The position numbers and the translations under genes were made by a program. The notes under the pieces are model-generated. The model did no database searches. It was given only the letters and a program-made list of their open reading frames with translations, and was not told where the DNA came from. A stretch of DNA of 64,000 nt. It comes from Octopus vulgaris (Eukaryota). The stretch's first letter is position 1. Each line of letters opens with the position of its first letter. Shown here in pieces: positions 39,608-52,879 of this stretch. The stretch covers positions 74,090,001 through 74,154,000 of the forward strand of contig OX597817.1 in NCBI GenBank assembly GCA_951406725.2, given 5' to 3'.

Positions 39608-40826
39608 CATATATTACCGAAAATAACGCAAAAAATGGGTATAACTTCTTTTTTATTATATGACTAAGTTCGCTTAAATTACACTTATTGGTAAAGTAAC
39701 TCTTCTCTTATACATAGCCTCTATCAGAAGCGTTGCATTTGCGCTATCACTGAACCCAGTTCTTGAACCCGTTTTGAAGAAATTTAGGCTTGCACTGTTT
39801 TGCTTACATTTCCCAACCACTTTCAACTCGCCTGTGTCATCAGATCATTATTCCCGAAGACTGTCCTTCATTGGACCGAGCAGGTGGAAGTTGAATAGTG
39901 CTAGATCCGGGCTGTATGTTGGCTGGTGGAACCACTGGCCAACCCAAATTGCCGGTTACCTTAATTCTTGCCTAAAATTAGTTTGGATGCGCATTGTCAT
40001 GGTGAATTCTTGATTCGTCTTCTCTCAGTGCTTCCCTAAGCTTTTTAAGTGTCTCGATACACCATAGCACTCGCTAGAAAATGAAGGACGTCGACGCCTT
40101 TGTCATACCCCAAATCGATTACCATAACTTTCTTTACTGATCGCTGGCTCTTGAACTTCTTGGGTCTTGGCGGAAATGTGTGACATTATTTCGTCGACTG
40201 ACACTGCGTTTCTAGATCATAAAGATACGGTTGTGTTTCACCTATTCAACAGATAACCACCCCGACAAAAATAGCCCGTCTTGATTGTCTTCAAATGCTT
40301 CCAGCAGACCAGAACAGATTTCCATTCTTCTCTTTCAAATTGGATATCATCTGCCGAGCTACCCACTTCGTACATACTTTCCGTCACCTAAAACTTCTAC
40401 TATCTTCTCTGGTTCATTGAAACTACAGTCCACTTAAACTCAAGGATTGTGACTCGTCAGTCCGCGCGAATCAATTCGACCCTTACTGGCGATTCGTGTC
40501 TGTCATCGCAGTTGATGGGTCTCCCACTGCATGGTTTACTCATCAGTGCAGCTTTTCTCTTTTCGAAACTTTTTCATCCATCTGTACACATAGCTGCTGT
40601 CAATGGTGTCATCTTCATCGACAACATGTAACCTTCCGTAAATGTCGGACAGCTTGCACCTGTCCATCAGCAACCCAATGATGGCTCATTACGCAGTGAA
40701 GCAGAACAGGAAGTAAAGTGAATACAGTGGAAGTTATTATACTCAACCAGCATATACAATTCGAACAATCTATGCCAGTTATTAAAGTTATGGCCCACTT
40801 TTCCATTACTTTCGGTACAACGCTCG
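39608..40826 (-). mobile_element. highly decayed mariner fossil
   Basis: Minus-strand HQPTYSPDLALFNFHLLGPMK (~39867-39929) and HHDNA (~39990-40005). Degenerate TIRs TACCGAAAATAACGCAAAAAATGGGTATAACTT / AAGTTATGGCCCACTTTTCCATTACTTTCGGTA, about 1.2 kb apart. Confidence 0.78.
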
Positions 40827-43202
40827 TATGAGTTAGTCTACTTCTTTCCTCCCTTTTCCAGTTTACATTTCAACTTTAAACACCATCTCCACATTTAGCT
40901 GTACCCTCTTACATTCATCCTTTAGTTATCCTACTTCTATCGCTTTTCTTCAAGTTTTAACTTTTTTTTTACTTTAACTTAAACAATGCTCTTTTCTATT
41001 TAGTTGTACCTTTCTTATATTCACCCTTTATGTTGATGTGGTGGCAGGTTTTATTTATTACTGTGCAGTGAATGGAGTTGGATAAAAGCCACCGTTGTGT
41101 TGTTGTAGTAGTAATAGTAGTAGTTGTAGTAGTTTAGTAGTAGTAGAAGAAGAAAGAGGAAAAACAAGAATCAGTAGTAATTATTCACTGCTAACCTTAT
41201 GATTTTTAAAAAATCGTCCTAACAATGCTACTCTCTAACTTCTTTTTTCTTTCTTTTTGACTCCCCCCCGCCCCGCCATACAGTCTAGGACTAACATTAT
41301 CCAACACTTTCTTCTGTATTGTCAGTAAGTAGGTTGTGATTTGAAAGAGATAGCCTGCTATTTCTAAACATGTCGAACAACCACACAATTGTCCCGCACA
41401 TGAATGGTTTTAGTTACATCAAAGCAATGAGTGAGGTCGCTTCACCACCTCCTCGTTGTTGTTGTTATAGTTGTAGCAGCTACAGCAGTTGTTGAATCGA
41501 TGTTCAGTTTCGAATCTCCAACCCTGCTGAAGTATTCTGTTTACTTTATATGCCTGGCTGTCTGTTTCTTCTTGTTTTTTAAGCTTTGGGGGTGTCTATG
41601 TGTGTAATTAGTTTTAACTAGAGAGCATGGGTCGGATAGGTGTGAACCGCGACCTACCTGTTTCTCACTGAAGCATTCACTGCGACGCACACTTAACAAT
41701 TTTCTAAAAATTTTAAAAATTTAATGTATTTGTGCGCCTTTTGTGTCACAGTTTATTAAACATTTCGCTCACACTAAACACCGTCAATGATAGACAAACG
41801 TGAGATTCGAGATACGTATATTTTTATATGTAAGATGATAATAATGTATAAGTGAACCGTGGACAAAGTCGACCATTACTGATTTCTAAACTCTGTGGAT
41901 CCGATGTATTGTGTTTCTGGAGTCTATGAACCTCAGAGACTCCCAGATCTATACAGTTGCGTGCTTACTTTTCTTAGTTGGGTCATTCGGTTTCGGCAGG
42001 ACATTGAGTAGAGATATGATAAAGAGTGTTCTAAGCATCCTGCAGGTTGTAGAGTGAGTCGGGTATAAAGGTAAGAACCTCAGTCTTGCCCCAAAAGAAG
42101 AACAACAGCAAAATATCATTACAAGAAACACTCAAAAGAAATCGGTTTAACTGTATGCAATGAATTTCCAGAATGATCGGAAGATTTGCTTATGAATGAG
42201 GGTGGTGAAAAAGCCGAATAGAAAGTATTGGTAGAAAGAGTTTCCTGAGCGTAGGTTAGGTGGGGAAGAGGATTGATTGATTGGCTATAAAACATCTGGT
42301 GAACCATTCAGAAGCGAAACTTGTTGTTGCCTTACCCAGCGGTCACTAGATTTGGTTACAAATAGCGGATTATGCTACTTTTTAAGCCTGCACGGTTTTC
42401 TTTTCTTCATTTAGGATACTTGCTACTTCATAATTTTATCTTTTAAAAGGAAATGCGATTGAATATCCTATTTAATGATCGCTTTAGTAAATCAAAAGCT
42501 GCCCATAGGTAACGTTTACATGCATACATACATACATACATATGTATGTTACCCATTCATTCATAATTTACAAACAAAATTTTCATCTTGTCACTGTTGC
42601 AAATTCCAACACAATCGGCTTCATTTTAAAAAATTTATGGGATTTTTTTTTTTAATATTGTTCCCATTGGTATAACATACGGCACTTGATGATATAAGGA
42701 AGAAGCCTCTGTGAGGTCACTTGACCTGCTAGAAATAGCCGGCGAGTTTCCCTCAGATATTCTACCATCTTCAATGTAATTCACGCTGTATTATCTCTAT
42801 TTTCTAAATACTTCCGTGGTCGTTGTTCTGTTGCGCTTTCTTCTCTTGTATCTCCTCCCAAGATTACTTACTAATCGGGTGACTCGTCTTTTTACTACTT
42901 CTCATACTTCCCCTGTTGCTATCCCCTCCTGTAAAAAGTATTTCTGCTCTTTTACTTTCCTTTCTTTGAACATGTGTTAGGAAACTCTTTTCCTTCCACG
43001 TTCCTACTCCAGCTAAATACAATCTTAATTCTTTTAAATCTTACGTTGATCTTTTTATGTTCCTCGGGGCAGACACTCATTAGTTTTTCTCCCACTCCTT
43101 TTCTTTTCTAACTCCTAACATTAAGTAGTTGCTTTAGACCTGTTTTTTTTTTTTTTTTTTGCTGGTTGCTTGCCACCTTGTTGGGAGTGACTTCCAGTAA
43201 TA

Positions 43203-44842
43203 ATCCTTTCTACGATAGGCACAAGGCCTAAAATTTTGGCGGAGGGGAGTAGTCGACACCAGTACACAACTGGTACTTAATTTATCGACCCCGAAAGGAC
43301 GAAAGGCTAAGTCGACCTCGGCAGAATTTGAACTCAGAACGTAGCGACGGGCGAAATACTGCTAAAGATGACTTCGAGTAATAATAATAATAATAATAAG
43401 CCTTGCAGAAGGCTTGAAAATTTTTGTTTTCACTGAAAGGTAAACTGCGTACTTCTTGAAGGGTACACCTAACGAAAAATTGTCATGTAGTTTTTTTAGT
43501 AGTGCGGCTCGCTTCTCGAAAAAAAAAAAAGAAAAAGTGGCCTGTATCTGGTATACATACTCCTTCGTCGGTGTTAATGTTACATTAATATTTAGCACAA
43601 GGTTAACTAAGATCCACATTACTAACCGTCACTATCCCATCATTTTTGTAGACACAGTAATATGTAGGACTGTATTAAACGTGTTCTATTGTGCAAGACA
43701 AAGATGTGATCTGATAATTAGTTGCCTCTTTCTAGCAGATAAGGCAACCACAGAGAGGTTGCTTTTGTTGAATACTATTTAGTTGTTGTTGCTCTTAGTA
43801 TTGTTGTTGGTTACTGCTACTTAGCGGCCAATGAACCCATATGGAGGAGAAAATGTTTGAAAATCTAGCTATCATGTGTTTTTTAAAAAAAAAAGCTTGA
43901 GAGCTGGTATAATCATTAGCACGCCTGGCAAAATGCCTAACAGATTTTCGTCCGTCTTTGCGCTCTGAGTTCTATACTTTCGGGGTCGATAAAATAATTA
44001 CCAATAAAGCACTGGAGTTAATTTAATCGGCTTATTTCTCGCTCGAAATTGCTGGCTTTGTGCTAAAATTTGAAACTACTACGGCGACGAGCTGCCACAA
44101 TCGTTTGCACACCGGGAAAAATGCTTAACCGCATTTCGTCCAAATTTACGTTTTGAGTTCAAATTTCTCCGATGCCGACTTTACCAAGTACCAGTTGAGC
44201 ACTGAGGTCGATGTAATCGACTTACCCCTCCCGCGAAATTGCTAGTCATGTGCCATAATTTGAAACTAATATGCACGCATATCGTATTTTTAAGAAAACA
44301 AATCGTATCTAAAGCTCATTAATAACATTATCTATGCACTTGACTTGACATTTACCTTTAATTTATCTCTATAAACAAGAAACACGCCTTTAATTTTTTC
44401 CCTCATCTAACTCTTGTATCTGTAATTAGATCCGATGATATACACAATTCAAATAAACCACTTCTACACCTGTTGTATATATGTGTGTGTGTGATAGAGA
44501 GAGAAGTAGCTTTTGTTTATCACCTAAGCTATGTTTTAAATACTTAAGATGCCACCCCCCACCATCTCATGCTAACATCAAATCATTAATCTTAATCCAA
44601 TGTCGTGTGCGGGGAGTGAGTTCGGTCAAGAGAGGTGATTATTGGTGGTTTTTTAATAAAGATTTCGTACAGGAGTTTAGAGGAAGGTCATAAATAAGTG
44701 CATGTCCACTGAAGTTAGAGGTCGACTTTGCCTTTCAACCTTTCGGAGGTCGAGAAATTAAGTACCAGTCAAGCACTGGAGTCGATGTAATCGACTAGCT
44801 CCCGCTCCCAAAATTTCAGGCCTTGTGCCTGTAATAGAAAGG
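43203..44842. mobile_element. SINE family B copies (43203-43365 minus; 43900-44270 plus x2; 44715-44842 plus)
   Basis: Family B motifs. Confidence 0.78.
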
Positions 44843-45139
44843 CAAGGTTATCTTATCGGTTTAAATGTGTTTATGGCGGGTGAGTATATACTCTAGCAGG
44901 ATTTGAACTCGAAACTTCCAACAGCATAAAAGATCCCAATAAATAGATATTTCTAGAAGTGTGGTGTATATATCTTCGATGAGAAATCAGCTGATAGCTC
45001 AACTGTAATTACCTGCTTTTAAAGTAACCTGTAAAATGACTGAGTATTCCGCATATAGATCATTCTGAAGCATATTTAACGTGACATAGTGTGACTAAAC
45101 ATTTTAAATTAAATATACAATCCATTAGACAACTGTGAC

Positions 45140-45430
45140 TGAGAAAGAGCCAACCGCCCAGCTTACAACACCAAGGCCGAAGTAGTGGCCAAGGTCAAAG
45201 AGATATTCGAAGATCTTCTCAGAGACACAGTGAGGAACGTTTGCGTCAAGTTCCGGAGTCGTCTTGAGGGCCATGGTGGAAGCTGAGGGTGGCAATTTTG
45301 GGTAAACTGTTCTCTCTCAGCAATAATCTTGTTGATACTTTTTAATTTTTTTAAGCGCTTTTATCTTTGGATGGGGGTATTGTGTTCTCTTCGGTTTATG
45401 CAAACTGTCAAATTTATCCCAAACACCGTG
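45140..45430 (+). pseudogene. 3' fragment of a Tc1/maT-like transposon
   Basis: NRPAYNTKAEVVAKVKEIFEDLLRDTVRNVCVKFRSRLE/AMVEAEGGNFG* (RLxAVIxAxGGxxE-type C-terminus), followed by TIR-like CAAATTTATCCCAAACACCGTG. Confidence 0.7.
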
Positions 45431-45637
45431 TGTGCATGTATACTACACATATGGTCCATGTGCATATACTGTTTCTACCCAGCCTAAAAAAAAAAAATCT
45501 TTGTAAACTTGTACTCCAACGGTGTTGGATGAGATAAGCAAAGAAAATGCGGTACTGTCAATATATATTTCAAGTCTTTTTGGTGTAGTCCTTTTTATTT
45601 TTTATTTGTATTTTTATAAAGTTCCAGACTCTTCTAA

Positions 45638-45711
<74 letters not shown>

Positions 45712-46779
45712 GTTTCATTCATTTGAACTTTTAATCTGCACTGGCTTTTACACACACGCGCGCTCCTGCACACATGCGAGAAAGCAACAGCATAATGAAA
45801 GAACATCTATTTGTTGATTAAAAATTTTTCATCATTATCTTGTACTCTTCCTTTCTATCATGCCTCCCTTAAAAAAATATACAAACAAAACGTACCAACC
45901 AAAAAGAAAAAAAAAATGGAAGAGTTATAAAATATTTAATTTCAAAGTAAGAATATTGAAAAGAAAACAACATAATCAATTAAAAATATGAATTAAAGCA
46001 ATAATTACATTATACACACACATCTACGTGAATATTAGAAATACAACGTAAAAAATGAAATGGGTGTTCCTTGCTGTTGCTTCTCTTACATTCTATATGC
46101 CCCGTCTCATCGATGTAAATGATGACTGTATTGGGTTCACCAGCTCCAGAACTATAATGAATAGAGAGAGGGGCAAGGTTAATAGAATATTTTTGTAGAA
46201 TGCCAGTGGTGGTGCTGATAATGGTTGGGATGTTTTGATGTGTAAGGTAGTGGTGATGTGTTGTGGGTGGAAAAGAGGAGGAGTAAAAGACATTCTATTT
46301 TAGAAATGATTGTGTGTGTTGTGGGAGGGTGAAAGAGAACGTTATAAACATAAAAATACTAATATATAATAAATACACTACAAATATAAAAAACAAAAAA
46401 ACTCTAGCAAAAAAGAAAAAGACGAATGAATTAAAACGATCTAGCCTACAAAGAACATATAGAAATAAGAGGAAATTAAATCGAAAACAGCCCTTCCTTG
46501 CCCAACCCTTTATTTCTTAAAGACAAAGATTTTGGTAATAGTAATAATGGTAGGAGTGAGGAGGGGAATGATTATAATGTTGCCTATGTTTGTTACAAGG
46601 GCACCAATAAAAAAGGGATGTGATGAAACAAAGGTATTGAAACAAAAGACCTTTCAGAAAAATAGAGGTTTGATTGAATAGGGTTAAAAATAGGTTTTAT
46701 TTCCTTTATATTTCAGGTATTGATTTGATTAAGAGAGAGAGAAAAGAAAAAAAAAGAAAAGAAAAATCAATGAAATAAG

Positions 46780-47212
46780 TTTCCACTATAGGCACGAGGT
46801 CTGAAATTTGGGGAGAAAGACTAGCCGATTACATCGACCCTTAGTGCTCAACTGGTACGTATTTTATCGAACTCCGAAAGGATGGAAAACAAAGTCATCG
46901 GAATTTGAGCTCAGAATGTAAAGCCGGAAGAAATGCCGTTAAACATTTTATCCGGCATGCTAACACTTCTGCAAGCTCGCTGCATTGACGTAATGAAATA
47001 TTGGTTCCAAATTTTGGCACAAGGCCCACCTTTTTTGGGGGGTGGGGGGCGGAGGTTAAATCGATCACATCGGCCCCAGTGCTCAACTGGTACTTATTTT
47101 TGTCGAACTAGAAAGGACGAAAGGCGAAATTGAACTCAGAACGTAAAGAGGGACGAAATGCCGCTAAGCATTTTGCCCGTCGTGCTAACCATTCTGCTAG
47201 GTCACGCCTTAA
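46780..47212 (-). mobile_element. two tandem SINE family B copies
   Basis: Family B motifs on the minus strand. Confidence 0.8.
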
Positions 47213-47337
47213 CGCTGTGAAATATTAAATCTAATAATCAGTAGCACAATCTTGTTGTTTACCTCAAGGTCAATCCTGATTGAGTAGACCTATGATGAAA
47301 AGTTACTCACGTATGACTATCCTGTCTTTATATTCTA

Positions 47338-50300
47338 CTAGCAGCATAGCCCGGCGTTGCCCGGGTATGTAAGAGCCCCTAGTTGCCCAAATTCAGACGG
47401 AAAACCCTAGCAACGATGTCGTGTCGATGGGTGTGAGATTGACCCGGGAGGAGTTCGCGAGTGATTTCGTCGCAGCTGGGATTGCACGTGTAGGTGATAA
47501 AGAGGTCCGGCCGGCCGTAAATGCGCACGTAGGTCAAGGCGTCTTGGGTCCTTTCACGCATATATCGCGGTCCTCCCGTGAAGGTGGAGGGTAGAATGCA
47601 TGGCTTGCCGATGTTGCGAGGGTCATTTTCTTGTTGCAAACCGTCACGGAGATGAATGTAGGAGTCGGAGCGAAGTTTGGTCTGATTAAGTTTAATGTAT
47701 AGCAGCCTTTCCGATTCCATTTTTGCGGCCATGTCGACGGCGAACTGGTTGAATAGCTGACGACAACGGGGCAATAAGTTGAACTCACCCTCCCTGACCA
47801 TGAACCGGTATGAGTAGAACGCCCTGCAGGAAACCGTCTTTGATGCCGCAGTAGTTTGATTGGAGGGCTGCCGTAAAGGAATTCCGAAGTGGTAGCCGTC
47901 TTCCCCATAAGGGAAAAGCAATGGATACTGAAGCGCGTCATAAGATCTGTGAGTCTCGCTGATCCTGTGTAGGTTGTTACCACGGGAGGAGATGATTATG
48001 TCACGGCTGTTGTGTTGCTCTCCGTGTATGACTGCGGCAATTTCGTTGCACGCAGGTGCGTTGAAACGGCGTTCGTGCTCCCCGTGGGGTCGTTTATCAG
48101 CATCAATGACAACGGTGAAGTTTGAAGATGGAGCACTGTCCAAGGCATATCTGAAGCTGCAGACGTAGCTGTTGATATCATGAAGCATGGTTTGGAGACG
48201 GAGAAGAATGTCTTTGCGGGGAACATAGCTTGTACCCGGTATTATTCCAAGGCGTGCATCAACCTGGTGGTTGTAGTCGGCAATGAAGTATATTTGGAGG
48301 AAAGAAGACTGCTGAATCTCGTCTGGCAGAAGTGACCCAATAAGATGGTAGACCTGTCCCTGCACTTTGAAAGTAGGCATCCAGCCTTCTCTGGGAGGAA
48401 TTTTGGCCCCGAAAGAGGTCATTTGGAATGAGCAGTTGTACTTTCGAATTATTTCAAGGAATTGTGACGAATCGGGGGTTAAACCCGCCGCGAGATCCGT
48501 CAGTGGTTGAGGTGGTTCCCGTAGGGGTGGCAGGTCCACTTTGCCACCAGAGCAGCACAAACCAGGTGGCTCTCCGGGCCATTTCTTGGCTTTGCAAAAC
48601 TGGCATACAATTGTCATTGACCCTATCTTGATGTCGTCACGCAAGGAGAAGTTAATTGTGGCGTCGTAATTGAATGCTAGTGACAACCAGAAAGCGGGGG
48701 CAGGGGTACGTACACCACGAATGATATCCCGACGTTTGTTGATACTCTCAAGTCGAGTGCACCGTGCCTCAGGAGATTCAGATGCACGTGCGACAGCGGT
48801 AGCAGTGGCATCCCTTGAAAGCCTTTCAGCTCTCGCCTCAGCACCCTCTGAAGCCCTAGCAGAAGCAGTGTTAATGGCATGTCTGGATGTCCGAATAGTC
48901 CGTTGGTGTGGAGTTTCGGCAGATCGAGCCCTGGCTGTGTTTGCGGCGTTAGCAGCTTGGCGAGCTCTCCTCTGTTGAGGTGTTTCGGCAGCTTTGGCCA
49001 TGGCTTTGTTTGCGGCGTCAGCATCTTGGCGAGTTCTCCTCTGCTGTGATGTTTCGACAGATCGTGTCCTGGCGGTGCTAGTGGCGTTAGCCGCATTCCG
49101 AATGGCCCTTTGTTCGGGGTTCTCGCGAGCTCTGCGGATGGAAGCACAGTAAGAAGCCCGCATGTTTTGGCTGGACTGTTGCTCTTTCGTCAACCTCGAG
49201 CGGAGGGAAGATCTGTACGCTGCGACCCTTGCAAGTCGGGTAGAACGGTCTCTAGTAGTTTCAGATGCCTGAGCAGCGGCATAACGGGAAGCTGTTTGCG
49301 AGAGGCGCAAGGCGGTTTCCTCGTGGGTCTCGCGTGCCCTTCTAGCCCTAGCAGCCGATGCCTTGGCCGTCCGAGGGCTGAGGAGGGTCCTTCTCTTCTT
49401 GGGTGGTATTTTGGTGGATAGCAATGTGTTTGGCAAAGGTGTAATAAAAAGGAGCTCGTGGGGTAAGTATCCGAAAATGTATAAAAATGTACAAAAACGG
49501 CCAAAAAGCTGGCAGCAATGTGAGTGACAACAACGAAAAAGTCAAAAGTGATCAAACTGAACAAACGAAAGGAAAAGTTTTTTGATGCACACGACAAAAG
49601 TGGTTTCTAATAAACCAAGAGTTTGCAAGTAGCGTCCGAGGACCGTTAGGGTACGTCAAAAATTGATGGTAAAACGTTTGGGGTGGTAGTTATAAAGAAA
49701 GTTTAAACAAAAAAAGTATTCGAATAACTTGCGGCTGCAGCAGCTATTAGCAGAAGTGGCGGTGTTGGGGGTAAAGTCTCGAATGTAATTTCTTCCTGGT
49801 AGGAATTGGTTGGATCGAATTATCGATAGCTAAAAAGGTCAAGTTGCGTCCCCTAGACAGTCTGGTTTGTGTTTAATACACAAATTTGTTTGCTATGTGT
49901 GCCACATATGATTAAATTAACCGATTTTTTCCAATAATGTATCCTATTGGAATAAAAAGGGCTATATAGCTCCTTGGAGCAGACATGATGCTCGTTGTGA
50001 AAAAAAAAAAAGATTCCTGCCAATTTGTGAAAGATATTGTCGAAAATATGTCATCTTGAATTTGAACGCGATTTCCCAAAATGGCATGATTTTATCGATT
50101 GTTTCTGATGGTAAGGTATTGCATGGAAAACTAACGTCAGAATTGAGTTTCTTAGGGTAACATTAAGCTTCACCATGAGTTTGGTGAAAATCGATTGCAA
50201 GTTGTGAAAACTACCATAGATAATGCGTTGCATAAAAAAAGCTTAGATTCTCGAGTTGCGTCCCCTAGACAGTCTGTGGTTCATGTTTATGATTCTCGAC

Positions 50301-50500
50301 CCCATGTCGAATTTATCAATTTTTTCAGAACTGGGGGAACTTTTCAAAATTTTCGCTGCGTTAGTTTTGAATTATGACATTGGGCTATGTGTGTGTCAAG
50401 TTTCATCAGAATCGGTTGAAAGCCGTGGTCAAGGTGAGGGTACGAGAAAACAGACACACAGAAGCACGCACAGACAAACTGCCGTTTATATATAGAGAGA
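47338..50500 (-). mobile_element. internally deleted Helitron with both termini intact (3163 bp)
   Basis: 5' end A|TCTCTCTATATATAAACGG at 50500. 3' hairpin CCCGG-GCAACG-CCGGG followed by terminal CTAG|T at 47338. Inserted between A and T inside a family X repeat whose halves rejoin. Confidence 0.93.
47379..49436 (-). CDS. truncated Helitron RepHel: NLS-like PPKKRR, 9 x 23-aa STPR-like repeats, Zn finger, Helitron_like_N; lacks the HUH/Y2 motifs and PIF1 helicase
   Basis: 685 codons without a stop. CQFCKAKKWPGEPPGLCCSGG, FQMTSFG, YDALQYPLLFPYGEDG, LPSTFTGGPRYM, GRPDLFITYTCNP. Stops at DIVARVF, about 40 bp before the 3' terminus. The track start is TTG and the likely ancestral ATG reads ATA (49409-49407). 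Confidence 0.85.
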   Translation of the reverse strand: MPNTLLSTKIPPKKRRTLLSPRTAKASAARARRARETHEETALRLSQTASRYAAAQASETTRDRSTRLARVAAYRSSLRSRLTKEQQSSQNMRASYCASIRRARENPEQRAIRNAANATSTARTRSVETSQQRRTRQDADAANKAMAKAAETPQQRRARQAANAANTARARSAETPHQRTIRTSRHAINTASARASEGAEARAERLSRDATATAVARASESPEARCTRLESINKRRDIIRGVRTPAPAFWLSLAFNYDATINFSLRDDIKIGSMTIVCQFCKAKKWPGEPPGLCCSGGKVDLPPLREPPQPLTDLAAGLTPDSSQFLEIIRKYNCSFQMTSFGAKIPPREGWMPTFKVQGQVYHLIGSLLPDEIQQSSFLQIYFIADYNHQVDARLGIIPGTSYVPRKDILLRLQTMLHDINSYVCSFRYALDSAPSSNFTVVIDADKRPHGEHERRFNAPACNEIAAVIHGEQHNSRDIIISSRGNNLHRISETHRSYDALQYPLLFPYGEDGYHFGIPLRQPSNQTTAASKTVSCRAFYSYRFMVREGEFNLLPRCRQLFNQFAVDMAAKMESERLLYIKLNQTKLRSDSYIHLRDGLQQENDPRNIGKPCILPSTFTGGPRYMRERTQDALTYVRIYGRPDLFITYTCNPSCDEITRELLPGQSHTHRHDIVARVFRLNLGN

Positions 50501-50669
50501 TGTATAGAAAGCTATGACCACATTATCGAGTGTGTCTTGTTTTTAAGACAGTAGGGTTTGATTTGAAGAAGGATTTGGCAGCTATTTCAAGCAGATCCGT
50601 TGACCATTTTGAGGCTCACGTTGACACAAGTAAAACATTTGGTTGAGAGGTGTGTTTTTTTTTAAATCT

Positions 50670-51215
50670 ACATCAGTACTTGGTTGGTATTTTAATTTTA
50701 TCGAACTCTGAAAGATGGAAGGCAAACTTAATCTAAGAATTCAAAGAGACGCAATTGAATATCGTAGCAATTTTGTTTGGTGTTCTACAGAATATGCCAT
50801 AGTTTGGCACAAGGCCAGCAATTTTGAGGGGAGGGTGCAAGCCGATTACATCAGTAATGTATCAGTCTACTACTTAACTGATATATTATTTTATCGATTC
50901 CCGAAAAGATGGAAAGCAAAGTTGAATCCGGCGGGGTTTGAACTCGGAACGTAAAGAGCTAAAAGAAATGCCGCCAAGCATTTTGTCCGATGCTCTAACG
51001 ATTCTACCTATCCATCACCTTTTCTGATTTAGGTGAACGGACAGCAGTAGTTTTTAATGAAGGGAGTTCGTCGAAACTATCGACTTAAATACTTAACTGG
51101 TACTTTATTTTATCTACCCCGGCAGGATGAAAGGTTAAGTTGACCTCAGGACGGAACAAATATCACAATGCAATTTTTCCGACACTGGTGATTCTGTCAG
51201 TTTGTTGCCTTTAAG
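50670..51215 (-). mobile_element. about three diverged SINE family B copies
   Basis: Degenerate family B motifs. Confidence 0.65.
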
Positions 51216-51235
51216 TAACGGTTTGTAATTTAGAC

Positions 51236-51422
51236 CGGTGATCCACAACCGGTATGTTGTGCCACACTGGTGTACCACGAGACGATGCTAGGTGTGCCTC
51301 AGAATAACCTGAATATAATAATTTCTTCCCTTATACTTTTAGTTAAAGTTTTAGTTCAGGTGTGCCGCCAAATTTTGAAAAGAATATGTGTGCCGCAAGC
51401 GAAAAAAGGCTGCGGAACACTG
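51236..51422. mobile_element. hAT (Charlie-like) MITE
   Basis: Ends CGGTGATCCACAACC / GGCTGCGGAACACTG, subterminal GTGTGCCGC repeats, TSD ATTTAGAC/ACTTAGAC. Confidence 0.78.
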
Positions 51423-52879
51423 ACTTAGACACCAAGTGTACACTTTTGAGAGGTGGCACTTAACTGATGTCATCATCTCTAGTCCTTGACAACTACTTTG
51501 TACCATCAACCCCGGAAGGGCGAAAAGCAAAGTTGACCACTTTGGGATCTGAACACAGACCGTAAAAAACCGAGGTAACAAAAAAAAAAAAAAAGAAAGA
51601 AAAAGAAAAAAACGCGAGACACTTGATATTAAAATAAGATTCGAAACTACGATCTTCATGACTATAAGGCAGTTGCGTGTCAATATATCGTTAACATTTT
51701 TTGAATAGGTTGTTAAACCGGCAAAATCCCCCACATAATTTAGATTAATTAAAACAAGTGTTTTCCTATGGGTTTTATTAACTCATAAATTATTTATTTA
51801 ATATTTCCCGCTGACAGTAATTGTTTATTGAAAACAGACAGTATTATGTTACTACAACTACTATAAAGAGTGGTTTACTATTATTAAAACATTTTGTTTG
51901 TTTCTAATCTTGTTCTGTTATGTTTAAATTGAACGAAGTGATATGTTGCGTGCGTTATTGTTATTACAAGGGGATATAAGATCAAACGCTTAGACATGTT
52001 GCTAATGACTTGTTGTTAGATGTGTGATTTCTTTCCTCAATTGAAGGTCAGCTAATCTGACGGGTCTATATGGATAAGTATTGATCGGAGGACAAGTAGT
52101 ACATGTTTATGATCTTACAAAACACTTTGGAGGAAAGTCAACATAATGTCCTTTTAAATATATGCATATTGATTTTTAACATTAGCACAGTGCCGTACGT
52201 TTTGGAGTGATACTTATCGTCAATTAAACCGACGGTAGTATTTGAATAGAACTTTCTTTTTATCGACTCCAGAAGGATGCGAGGCATAGGTAACTTCGAA
52301 TGGATTCGAACTTAGGAAGTCTCAAGTAGACCAGTATCTTGTGGATGGAATTTGCTGACGAAGAAACTCTTCAAAAGCCCGTCATTGGCTCGTTTTCTAG
52401 ACATGTGCTTTGACTCACTTTTGGGTGGGTGTATTTTTTTTTCTAACGGACGAGCGATAGTGTTGAAGGTTCTTTGTTGTGGAGCAAGTTTTAAGGCGTT
52501 TCGGTGTAATTTGATGAAAGCTTGGCTGTCATTTCCATTAGGGTGGAGCAACACCATGGAAGCCCCTTCATTGGCTCGCTTTTAACATTGATGGTGTGTA
52601 ATTCGAGGTAGTTTCGGCTGCTAGTTTTAGCAAATCGAGCAACGAGTTGAAGTTGGTCCTCTTTCAGATAGTCGGATTGGGACACTGAAAAAATATCTGA
52701 GTCAGGAATAGTTGTGCCAACAACAGTGTATAAACCATCGACTTTCAGGCCGGTCGTTGTACACACATTATCTTTCAGCCAGCTACGATATTGCTGCAAG
52801 AGAATGTCAAAATGTAAAAGAGTGCGTACATTTGAGAGAGTGGGTGGACTGACTGTGCCTTTCATCATTTCGTGTACCG

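Noticed and set aside
41617-41950. Possible Helitron/Helentron non-autonomous end (ACTAG followed by a GGTC...GACC hairpin)
   Set aside because: The hairpin is imperfect and no matching opposite terminus was found.
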